Assembly (NCBI GenBank): GCA_016839625.1
Contig: JAEOTY010000196.1
Location: 1-17,458, forward strand
Direction of reading: 5' to 3'
From: Candidatus Hodarchaeota archaeon
Lineage (GTDB): Archaea > Asgardarchaeota > Heimdallarchaeia > Hodarchaeales > Hodarchaeaceae
DNA: 17,458 nt
The stretch's first letter is position 1, and every line of letters begins with the position of its first letter. The notes below the pieces were generated by a model. It had not been told where the DNA came from, did no database searches, and saw only the letters and a list, made by a program, of their open reading frames with translations. A program made the translations under genes and the position numbers. Below, one piece after another: positions 8,183 to 15,065 of the stretch.

Positions 8183-8521
8183 ATGTCGGAACAAGAAGCA
8201 ATTGATGCAATTAATAAGATGATGGATAATTTTAACACTGAAAAGGCCAAAAAGACTTTTCGAAAGTGGTCAAAGACCATAGCTTTTGAATTCACTGATT
8301 TAGGGAAAACCTTCTACACAAATATTGAGCAAGGCGTGCCAAGTGACGTAATTGAAGGAGAGCCAGAGGGAAAGATTCATGTGAAAATCACGACTGATGC
8401 TGCAACATGGAAAGGTATTATGACAGGTGAAATTGGTGGAATGAAAGCCTATACAAGTAAAAAGCTGAAAGTTAAAGGCAGTATGCCCGATCTTCTGAAA
8501 TTGCAGAAAATAATGAAATAA
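8183..8521 (+). CDS. Stand-alone SCP2 (sterol-carrier-protein-2-like) lipid-binding domain protein
   Basis: About 112 aa. The C-terminal pattern ATWKGIMTGEIGGMKAYTSKKLKVKGSMPDLLKLQKIM matches the SCP2 consensus (...G+l....a...GklkvkGd...l.kl..l). ATG 8183 is preferred over the track's TTG 8168; a GAGTGA motif lies 7 nt upstream. Confidence 0.72.
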   Translation: MSEQEAIDAINKMMDNFNTEKAKKTFRKWSKTIAFEFTDLGKTFYTNIEQGVPSDVIEGEPEGKIHVKITTDAATWKGIMTGEIGGMKAYTSKKLKVKGSMPDLLKLQKIMK

Positions 8522-8599
8522 CGGCTTTTTATTCACTTCTTAACACAAAAAATTGATAATTCTCTATTTTTCGATTGATTCTGTCGATTTATCTAGCGG

Positions 8600-9232
8600 A
8601 TGTTTAAAAAAATGACTTCTGATCAAGAAATAAAGGTAGAATTATGCCAAACTATGAAAGAGCTTTATGCAGAACGAATTCTTACAGATATTGGAGGAAA
8701 TTTGAGTTTTCGATCCGAGGATGATGGTCAATTTTTCTGGATCACTCCTTCAGGATTGAAGAAAGATCTAGTTGAACCTAAACACCTGATTCAAATGTCA
8801 TTGGAAGGGGAAGTTGTGGATGAAGACACAGAAATGAGTCCTTCTGTTGAATGGCCGATGCATTTACGAATCTTTCAGGAGGATGAGGATTTCAAAGCAA
8901 TTATTCATAGCCATGCTCCGCTTGCCACTGCCCTGTCTATCCTCAAAAATCCTCCAGAAATTCCTCCATTAACTGCTGAGTTAGGATTTCTAGTTCCTGA
9001 AATTGTTATTGTGCCATATGAACAGTCGGGCTCAGAAGAGCTTGGAGAAGCTGTGGCTGATAGACTGTGGGATTCTAGTGTAGTAATACTAGAAAATCAC
9101 GGTACACTGGCAGTAGGAGAAACATTTCGAGAAGCTGCTATTAAAACTCGAGCTTTAGAAGAATATTTACGGCTTTACTTAAATGCGAAACGATTTGGTG
9201 GAGAATTACGAAAATTTCCTGGATTTGATTAA
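8600..9232 (+). CDS. Class II aldolase/adducin-fold protein (FucA / RhaD / AraD / MtnB superfamily); exact activity unassigned
   Basis: GGNLSFR...WITPSG phosphate-binding motif. SPSVEWPMH carries the acid/base Glu. IIHSHAP and LENHGTLAVGETF supply the three Zn-ligand His positions seen in L-fuculose-1-P aldolase. Confidence 0.87.
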   Translation: MFKKMTSDQEIKVELCQTMKELYAERILTDIGGNLSFRSEDDGQFFWITPSGLKKDLVEPKHLIQMSLEGEVVDEDTEMSPSVEWPMHLRIFQEDEDFKAIIHSHAPLATALSILKNPPEIPPLTAELGFLVPEIVIVPYEQSGSEELGEAVADRLWDSSVVILENHGTLAVGETFREAAIKTRALEEYLRLYLNAKRFGGELRKFPGFD

Positions 9233-9256
9233 AAGACAGAAAAGGAGAAGGATAAC

Positions 9257-10765
9257 ATGACGGATTATTTCTTGACGATAGATGCTGGGACCAGTGGAGG
9301 AAAAGCTGTAATTGGAAACGAAGATGGGCAGATACTAGGCTTTTCTAAAACAAAATGGAGTCATCTTTATCATGTTCCAGAAGATTTAGCACCTTATGGC
9401 CATGAATTTGATCCAGACCAATTCTGGAATATAATCATTGACACGATTAAAAAAGCTATTAGTCACGCACAGATCGACGTGAGCAATATCGCAGCGATTT
9501 CTGCCACATCTCAAAGACAAGGGTGCGTCTTCTTCGACAAAGACGGAAAAGAGCTGTATGCAGGACCAAATCGTGATGTCCGTGGTTTAGAAGTTGATAC
9601 AGAGGACTATATGGACAACGATGAAATTTATGATATCACTGGAAGAGGTCCTCCCTTTATTTTTCCGTTAGCTAGATTATTATGGTTCCAAGAAAATGAA
9701 GAGGAGATCTATGAGAAAATTAACCATCTCCTTACAATTGATGGTTGGATAAATTTCCGTTTAACAGGAAAATATGTTATTGATGACACTGGGGCAAGTG
9801 AGACACTTCTCTTCGATATTATTAAGAGAAATTGGTCAGAAAAGATCCTTGAAGAGTTTGAAATTTCTCATGAAATCCTACCAAAAAAGTTAGAGTTTGG
9901 TGAGTTAATTGGTTCTATTCTCCCTAGTGTAGCTCAAAAGCTTGGTTTTAAACCACAAACTCCTGTTTTTATAGGATGTGCTGATAGTCAAGCATCTTTA
10001 ATTGGATGTGGTGCAGTAAAACCTGGTTCTTTGGGTGTGGTTGCTGGATCTACTATGCCAATTTATTATGTTATCAATCATCCTATCTTAGATCCTGAGA
10101 GACGAGTTTGGACCAATCCTTTCTTAGGTAAATGGGTAATCGAATCTAATGCGGGAACTGCTGGAGACGCTCATCAATGGTTTGTAGAAGCTTTTTTAGC
10201 TAAATTAGGAATTGCTAATCCATACGATAAATTTGAAGAACTAGTTCTTTCTCAAGTTCCTGGAGCAGGAGGAGTTTTAGCAGATATTGGACCTCAAATT
10301 TTCAATGCTCAAAATATGCTTCAAATCCCAACAGGAGGATTTATTTTCTCCCCTATAGCTTATATTCTCGAAGATAATCTCGATATTAGCTCCTTTGCTA
10401 GAGCCATTGTAGAAAATCTTTCATATTCTGTTCGTGCAAATATGGAACAAATACTTAAAATAGCAGATTCTACTCTAGAAACAGTCTATGTTGTTGGAGG
10501 ACTAGCTAGATCAAAAGCTTTCTGTCAGGTTTTAGCGGATGTTATTCAATCTGATGTGCATGTTTTTATACCAGAAGGTGCATCTGTAGCTGGATTTATT
10601 GCTAGTATGATAGGCACTGGACGTTTTAAAACTGTAGATAAAGCAGTCTCCCAATTAATTACTGAAAAAGATATTTTCTCGCCAAATGAAGAGTATAAAG
10701 CTGAATATGACACTGGATTTCTCTCTTGGTCAGAAGTTTACGAAAAATCCCGAGAAGAAGATTAA
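9257..10765 (+). CDS. FGGY-family carbohydrate kinase (ribulo-/xylulo-/fuculo-/rhamnulokinase-like); substrate unassigned
   Basis: N-terminal TIDAGTSGGKAV actin-fold phosphate-1 motif, ATSQRQG, GCADSQASLIG, and C-terminal VVGGLARSKAFCQVLADV (FGGY signature 2). GGAG lies 9 nt upstream of the ATG. Only 24 nt separate it from the aldolase-fold gene. Confidence 0.9.
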   Translation: MTDYFLTIDAGTSGGKAVIGNEDGQILGFSKTKWSHLYHVPEDLAPYGHEFDPDQFWNIIIDTIKKAISHAQIDVSNIAAISATSQRQGCVFFDKDGKELYAGPNRDVRGLEVDTEDYMDNDEIYDITGRGPPFIFPLARLLWFQENEEEIYEKINHLLTIDGWINFRLTGKYVIDDTGASETLLFDIIKRNWSEKILEEFEISHEILPKKLEFGELIGSILPSVAQKLGFKPQTPVFIGCADSQASLIGCGAVKPGSLGVVAGSTMPIYYVINHPILDPERRVWTNPFLGKWVIESNAGTAGDAHQWFVEAFLAKLGIANPYDKFEELVLSQVPGAGGVLADIGPQIFNAQNMLQIPTGGFIFSPIAYILEDNLDISSFARAIVENLSYSVRANMEQILKIADSTLETVYVVGGLARSKAFCQVLADVIQSDVHVFIPEGASVAGFIASMIGTGRFKTVDKAVSQLITEKDIFSPNEEYKAEYDTGFLSWSEVYEKSREED

Positions 10766-10772
10766 AAAAAGT

Positions 10773-11798
10773 ATGAGAGAGGCTCAAGTTTTGAAAATCT
10801 TAATTACAGCTCCTTTTCATGAAAGCGGGCTGAAAAAGTTACAAGAGCGCTGTGAGGTATTTTATGAGAGTTGGAGAGATACAGGAAAACTCTATTTCGA
10901 TGAAGATGAACTCATCAAGAAATTAAACGATGAGAGTATTGATATCTTAATAACAGAGGCAGATGAAGTAGATGCATGGGTTATTGAAAAAACTAATATA
11001 AAATTAATTGCATCGACTAGAGGAACGCCTGTGAATGTTGATGAAGAAGCTGCTGCAGAAAAGAACATACCTGTAATCTATACACCTCATCGGAATGCTG
11101 ATGCTGTAGCAGACCTCACCGTAGCTATGATGTTAACTCAGGCACGCAAAATGATCGAAATTGATCGTCTTTTAAAAAGTGGTAAATTCGACCTCGCTGA
11201 AATTGAGAGTGAAGAGGACTTTGCGGAGTTTTTTAATCGTTACCGAGGTGTAGAATTAAGTGATTTAACAATCGGGATAATTGGATTTGGAGCGATAGGT
11301 TCACGAGTGGCACATAGATTACATAAAGGCTTTGGGTCAAAAATCCTTTATTTTGATCCTTATGTACCTGAAAATCATGAAGGTGTACTTGAAACTAAAG
11401 CAAAACACGTTTCTCTTGAGACATTAATGAAAGACTCAGATATGATTACTATTCATACTCCCCCTATAGATGAAACAGAAGAGCTTATTAATGCAGATAT
11501 GTTTGCTTTAATGAAACCAACTGCTCACTTCTTTAATTTGTCGCGATCTTATTGCATTGATGAAGATGCCCTTTACAATGCTATTAAAGAAAAGAAAATT
11601 GCTGGTGCCGGTCTAGATGTTTTTGATGAAGAACCAGTTGATTATGAAAATCGCTTTCTAGAATTCGACAACGTGACTGTCATGCCCCATTTCGGTGGAA
11701 ATACAAAAGATGTCGTTCGTCACCAAACTAATATGATTGTCGAAGACGTTCTTAATTTCTTAGAAGATAAACCTTTAAAATTCCTTTGGAAATCATGA
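10773..11798 (+). CDS. D-isomer-specific 2-hydroxyacid dehydrogenase family (SerA/LdhA/GhrB-like), NAD(P)-binding
   Basis: GIIGFGAIGSRVA Rossmann motif. The catalytic Arg/Glu/His triad is in context (FFNLSRS, GLDVFDEEP, MPHFGG). The track start at 10686 overlaps the kinase by 80 nt. ATG 10773 lies 7 nt after the kinase stop and is preferred. TTG 10791, giving MKILITAPF after GAGAGG, is another candidate. Confidence 0.87.
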   Translation: MREAQVLKILITAPFHESGLKKLQERCEVFYESWRDTGKLYFDEDELIKKLNDESIDILITEADEVDAWVIEKTNIKLIASTRGTPVNVDEEAAAEKNIPVIYTPHRNADAVADLTVAMMLTQARKMIEIDRLLKSGKFDLAEIESEEDFAEFFNRYRGVELSDLTIGIIGFGAIGSRVAHRLHKGFGSKILYFDPYVPENHEGVLETKAKHVSLETLMKDSDMITIHTPPIDETEELINADMFALMKPTAHFFNLSRSYCIDEDALYNAIKEKKIAGAGLDVFDEEPVDYENRFLEFDNVTVMPHFGGNTKDVVRHQTNMIVEDVLNFLEDKPLKFLWKS

Positions 11799-11857
11799 TT
11801 GAAGTATTTATGCTTTTGTTTAATCCATAAAGACTGTTTTTATTAATGAGGCATTAT

Positions 11858-13549
11858 TTACATCAATAAGAAAAAGATTGAAAAGGTTGAAAAGGCTGTC
11901 AGGCCTGCTATCACTGTGAATATTAAAGTTGGTAGAAATCCCCACTTATAACGGATGATAGCGCTAATTATACCCATCATGCTAAATAGAACGAGGCTTA
12001 CAACGATGAAACGTAATTCTAGTAGATACCAACAGATTATTAGAATAAAAAATATTGTGGATTTAGTTATAAGGTAGATTAATGACATAATCAATAAGTG
12101 TACTTCGTTATTTTGATTTTTATTTAGAATTTTGACATAGTGATGAATTACCTGCCAATAAAAAAGAGTTTCAATACTCATAACTATGCCAATCGTAATC
12201 AGAATTCCAGATACTCGGAGAACGCTTTCAAAATTGATAAAAGGAATGAATTGAAAATCTCCAAATAGCACCAACGTAATATAAATTCCAAGAATCATTC
12301 CCAAGGCAAGCCCTGTTTCCACGACCCATTTTTTTAGTTTTCGAGTAGAGGGTTGAGATAATTGTTGGTTTTGAATCAAAGTATATCCTATCACTAATAA
12401 ACTTACAGTAGCGAGTGTAGTAATAGCGAGTCCTATGAATGTTGAATAAGAGGTCGTTATTATAAGAGAAGTGATTGTTGACGCTATATGTAGGATTATA
12501 AAAGACATTAGTAGAAATATTAATCCCATCAACGTCAGATTGTCTTTTGGGAGTAACACATCAGATTCGGTCAAATTCCATCTGGTTTCGATAATTTGCT
12601 GTACAATAGGATAGATGGAAAGGAATCCTAACATTACCGACAAACCTCCAATTAAAAGTACTACCCAACTCAGCATTAGTAAATAGTAGGAAGAAGAGAG
12701 CCCAACGACTTTTGTATAAGGATTGGAAAACACTTCGTCAAGGAAGAGAATAGTTTCCTTCTTCACTCTTTCGGGGTCGAGATTATGTCCTTCGTTTGGA
12801 ATAATGATTAATCGTTTGTTAGAGCTATTAGATGCTTGGTAAAGATCATAAGCATGATGTACAGGTATTAAGGCGTCTTGTTCCCCGTGAAATATCAATA
12901 AATTGTTAATATTATGAATATATGTCATAGGGGATCGCTCGTCAACAGCAGATGAATCTGTGGGATCAATCATAGTATATGGTCTGTATGTCAATCTTTC
13001 ATTCCAGCGAAAATCTCGTTCTTCTAACCATGCTGTTGTATTTCCTGGCGCTGAAGAAACAACTGTAGCATTTATGCGAGGATCATTACCTGCAGCGAGT
13101 AGACTAATCATGCCTCCAAAAGAAGATCCTAAAACAGACAAAGCGCTTGTATTAACTAAATCAGATCGTAAAAATAAATAGTCTATAGCAACTCGTGCGT
13201 CAGCTTGCTCAACAAGCCCTAATGACGAAATTCCTTCAGATTCTCCATGCCCTCGAAGATCTGGGGCAAGTACGACATAACCAGCTTTCACATAGTCTAA
13301 ACAGGAAGGCAAGATACTTTCTTTAGTTCCACCCCATCCATGGTAAGCTAAAATTGCTGGTCTTGGATTGTTCAAAGAACCGCTAGGATAAAGTAATAAC
13401 GCAGAAAGGGTAATTTGATCATTCTTTAATCTAATCCTATCGATTCTGACATCTGCTACAACTGCACTATTAAGGATCCCACTTCCAATAACAAAAAGAA
13501 TTCCTATAATTATCAATATCCAAGTTGAAGAATGTATCTTCATGCTCAT
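11858..13549 (-). CDS. Fusion protein: N-terminal TM anchor + alpha/beta-hydrolase (dienelactone-hydrolase / S9-like esterase) + C-terminal polytopic membrane domain (about 8 TM)
   Basis: HGWGGTKE oxyanion motif, nucleophile elbow GSSFGG, FHGEQDALIP (Asp) and IPNEGHNL (His). Residues ~285-563 are nearly all hydrophobic helices. The hydrolase part carries several N-x-S/T sequons (NTS, NAT, NTT, NSS). Confidence 0.8.
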   Translation of the reverse strand: MSMKIHSSTWILIIIGILFVIGSGILNSAVVADVRIDRIRLKNDQITLSALLLYPSGSLNNPRPAILAYHGWGGTKESILPSCLDYVKAGYVVLAPDLRGHGESEGISSLGLVEQADARVAIDYLFLRSDLVNTSALSVLGSSFGGMISLLAAGNDPRINATVVSSAPGNTTAWLEERDFRWNERLTYRPYTMIDPTDSSAVDERSPMTYIHNINNLLIFHGEQDALIPVHHAYDLYQASNSSNKRLIIIPNEGHNLDPERVKKETILFLDEVFSNPYTKVVGLSSSYYLLMLSWVVLLIGGLSVMLGFLSIYPIVQQIIETRWNLTESDVLLPKDNLTLMGLIFLLMSFIILHIASTITSLIITTSYSTFIGLAITTLATVSLLVIGYTLIQNQQLSQPSTRKLKKWVVETGLALGMILGIYITLVLFGDFQFIPFINFESVLRVSGILITIGIVMSIETLFYWQVIHHYVKILNKNQNNEVHLLIMSLIYLITKSTIFFILIICWYLLELRFIVVSLVLFSMMGIISAIIRYKWGFLPTLIFTVIAGLTAFSTFSIFFLLM

Positions 13550-13593
13550 CGTTTCAGAGATTCCTGGGATTTATTAACTAACTACTAGGTCAA

Positions 13594-14547
13594 TCAGAGT
13601 TGATCATCTAGCCAATTCAGAAATTCTTTGGTTGGATCGACATCGTGCTTCCTTTTTGGTTGAGCTGCGTCTCTTTTTTTGGTGTGGGAAACCTTTTTCA
13701 TTGGTTTTGTACTTGGAACATCTGATAACCAATCTTCAAATGAATCAGCCACACCTTTTCTTTGTTTTTTCTTATCCCATTCTTCAACAATGTTCTTTTT
13801 CTTTAAAAGCCACTTAGGAGGAGTAATTATCTGTTGAAGTCCATCCATACATCTTAAGTTGTAAGCATCTTGAGGAGAAACACCATATCCTTGTGAGAGT
13901 ACACGAACCTCGTGCATTATTAAATCAGTTGCAGCTCGTAATGCATAGGGATTATACATATCTTTTTGATCATATGAGTGAAGAAAAATTGGATCTCCAA
14001 CCTTTAAAGTTACCTTTTTCCCTGGGGATGGCCAGTTACCTCCTACCGGAAGGACTCCATCTGTACCAATAATGCCTACAGGCACAACTGGTGAATCTGT
14101 CTCAAACGCAAACCTTGCTACTCCTACTTTCCCTTCCAGTTCTTTTCTAGAATATCTGATATGGCCCTCTGGGAAAATTCCTAATGCTTGGTTGTGTTTT
14201 AGAACTTCAATACCTCGGATAACAGCCTCACGGTTGCCTCTTCGTTTAACAGGGATCACACCAAAATAATTCATCATTGAGCCCCAAAACCGATTACGCC
14301 ATAAGGCCGATTTCTTGCCTAAGAAGTAGATCCTTTTTTCTAGGTCTGGGGGAACAACCAATCCCATAAGAAAAGCATCTATTACACTTTCATGGTTTCC
14401 AGCAAATATAACACCCTCTCGTAATTGATCCATGTTGTCAATTAAATTATCTTTTCCTTCTACATTCAAGCGGTAACCAAAGAACGCCCCAAACTTAACA
14501 GCTTTTCGGATTAATGCGTACCGAAAATCGGAAATTCTTTCAACCAT
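13594..14547 (-). CDS. plsC: PlsC/LPLAT-family (1-acyl-sn-glycerol-3-phosphate-type) acyltransferase with an ~80-aa Lys-rich C-terminal tail
   Basis: All four LPLAT blocks are present in order: I NHESVID (complement of 14377-14397), II FGVIPVKRRG, III FPEGHIR, IV SPVVPVGIIG. It lies 44 nt upstream of, and co-directional with, the hydrolase-membrane fusion gene. The symbol is used at family level only. Confidence 0.85.
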   Translation of the reverse strand: MVERISDFRYALIRKAVKFGAFFGYRLNVEGKDNLIDNMDQLREGVIFAGNHESVIDAFLMGLVVPPDLEKRIYFLGKKSALWRNRFWGSMMNYFGVIPVKRRGNREAVIRGIEVLKHNQALGIFPEGHIRYSRKELEGKVGVARFAFETDSPVVPVGIIGTDGVLPVGGNWPSPGKKVTLKVGDPIFLHSYDQKDMYNPYALRAATDLIMHEVRVLSQGYGVSPQDAYNLRCMDGLQQIITPPKWLLKKKNIVEEWDKKKQRKGVADSFEDWLSDVPSTKPMKKVSHTKKRDAAQPKRKHDVDPTKEFLNWLDDQL

Positions 14548-14574
14548 TTTTTAACAACCTTTGACAAGATTGCG

Positions 14575-14583
14575 ATTAATAAT
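14575..14583 (-). promoter_or_regulatory. Candidate TATA box (ATTATTAAT on the minus strand) about 32 nt upstream of the PlsC-like ATG; implies a leaderless or very short-leader mRNA
   Basis: The minus strand reads ...CTCATTATTAATCGCAATCTTGTCAAAGGTTGTTAAAAATG. No SD-like motif lies between the box and the ATG. The spacing fits the archaeal TATA-to-TSS distance of about 26 nt. Confidence 0.3.
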
Positions 14584-14735
14584 GAGCTAGATTTGACTTT
14601 TATTGGGCACAAATTTTCTTTTTTCAGTCTTTTTTAACAGGTGCGAAGTGAATAAAATAAACTTGCCTTAAATTCTTTGGATAATTTACCTAGAAACCCT
14701 TAATTAGTTTATTTGTCTGAGACAGGTTGGAAGTG

Positions 14736-14770
14736 TAATTTCATATTCGTTTGAAATTAATTACATATTC
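14736..14770. repeat. 13-bp direct repeat TAATTTCATATTC / TAATTACATATTC (22-nt phase) overlapping an 8-bp inverted repeat TAATTTCA-N8-TGAAATTA
   Basis: Read directly. Direct copies are at 14736-14748 and 14758-14770 (1 mismatch). Inverted arms are at 14736-14743 and 14752-14759. The element ends 22 nt before the GTG of the zinc-ribbon ORF. Confidence 0.7.
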
Positions 14771-14792
14771 ATGTTTAAAGAAGTGACTGCTT

Positions 14793-14972
14793 GTGAAAGT
14801 AGGAAAACGACTTGCTTGTGATAAATGTGGTCGTATTGAAACGCCAAAGATAACAGTTCATACTCACCCTTCTGATCCATCAAAACATCTTTGTGCTAAC
14901 TGTAAACAAACCCTTCATTATCAGAATATTGAAGTTGTCGCAAAAAAAAGTGACGATTCTAAAATCCTTTAA
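14793..14972 (+). CDS. 59-aa zinc-ribbon miniprotein (CxxC-x21-CxxC), GTG start; below the ORF-track length cutoff
   Basis: Hand translation: (M)KVGKRLACDKCGRIETPKITVHTHPSDPSKHLCANCKQTLHYQNIEVVAKKSDDSKIL*. There is an in-frame TGA at 14784-14786, so GTG 14793 is the first canonical start. AAGTGA lies 6 nt upstream. It is the only coherent ORF in a 518-nt gap between divergent/convergent genes. Confidence 0.4.
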   Translation: MKVGKRLACDKCGRIETPKITVHTHPSDPSKHLCANCKQTLHYQNIEVVAKKSDDSKIL

Positions 14973-15065
14973 ACAAAAGTTTAAGGGTGAGAATTTGCGT
15001 GGTTATGGGGGATAAAGAGTTCGAGAGGGGAGAACAGCTTGAATTTCGCTGGACATACTCTGTTC

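Noticed and set aside
8300-8536. 78-aa minus-strand ORF
   Set aside because: It is antisense to the SCP2 gene. It is Cys/His/Phe-rich, consistent with a shadow frame, and has no upstream signals.
10686-10772. Long N-terminal extension of the dehydrogenase ORF, overlapping the kinase 3' end by 80 nt
   Set aside because: The extension (MKSIKLNMTLDFSLGQKFTKNPEKKIKKS) has no counterpart in D-2-HADH proteins, which begin close to the MKILIT strand. ATG 10773 sits 7 nt after the kinase stop.
11858-12697. Possible CPBP (CAAX-protease-like) motif IETLFYW in the membrane domain of the hydrolase fusion
   Set aside because: It only loosely resembles the EExxxR motif. I could not find the downstream FxxxH and HxxxN motifs required for that family, so no family call was made.
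12960-14269. Plus-strand ORFs 12960-13181, 13632-13817 and 14072-14269
   Set aside because: They are antisense to the hydrolase and acyltransferase genes, both of which carry complete catalytic motifs. They are shadow-frame artefacts.
14985-15065. Relatively GC-rich patch (GGGTGAGAATTTGCGTGGTTATGGGGGATAAAGAGTTCGAGAGGGGAGAACAGC) between the convergent zinc-ribbon and ThpR genes; considered as a tRNA, small RNA or a 33-aa ORF (ATG 15005)
   Set aside because: I could not fold it into a cloverleaf. GAGTTCGAG lacks flanking T-stem complementarity. No C/D or H/ACA boxes are present, and only a 4-bp hairpin (CAGC...GCTG) is available. The 33-aa ORF overlaps the ThpR 3' end and has no RBS. This remains unexplained rather than called.
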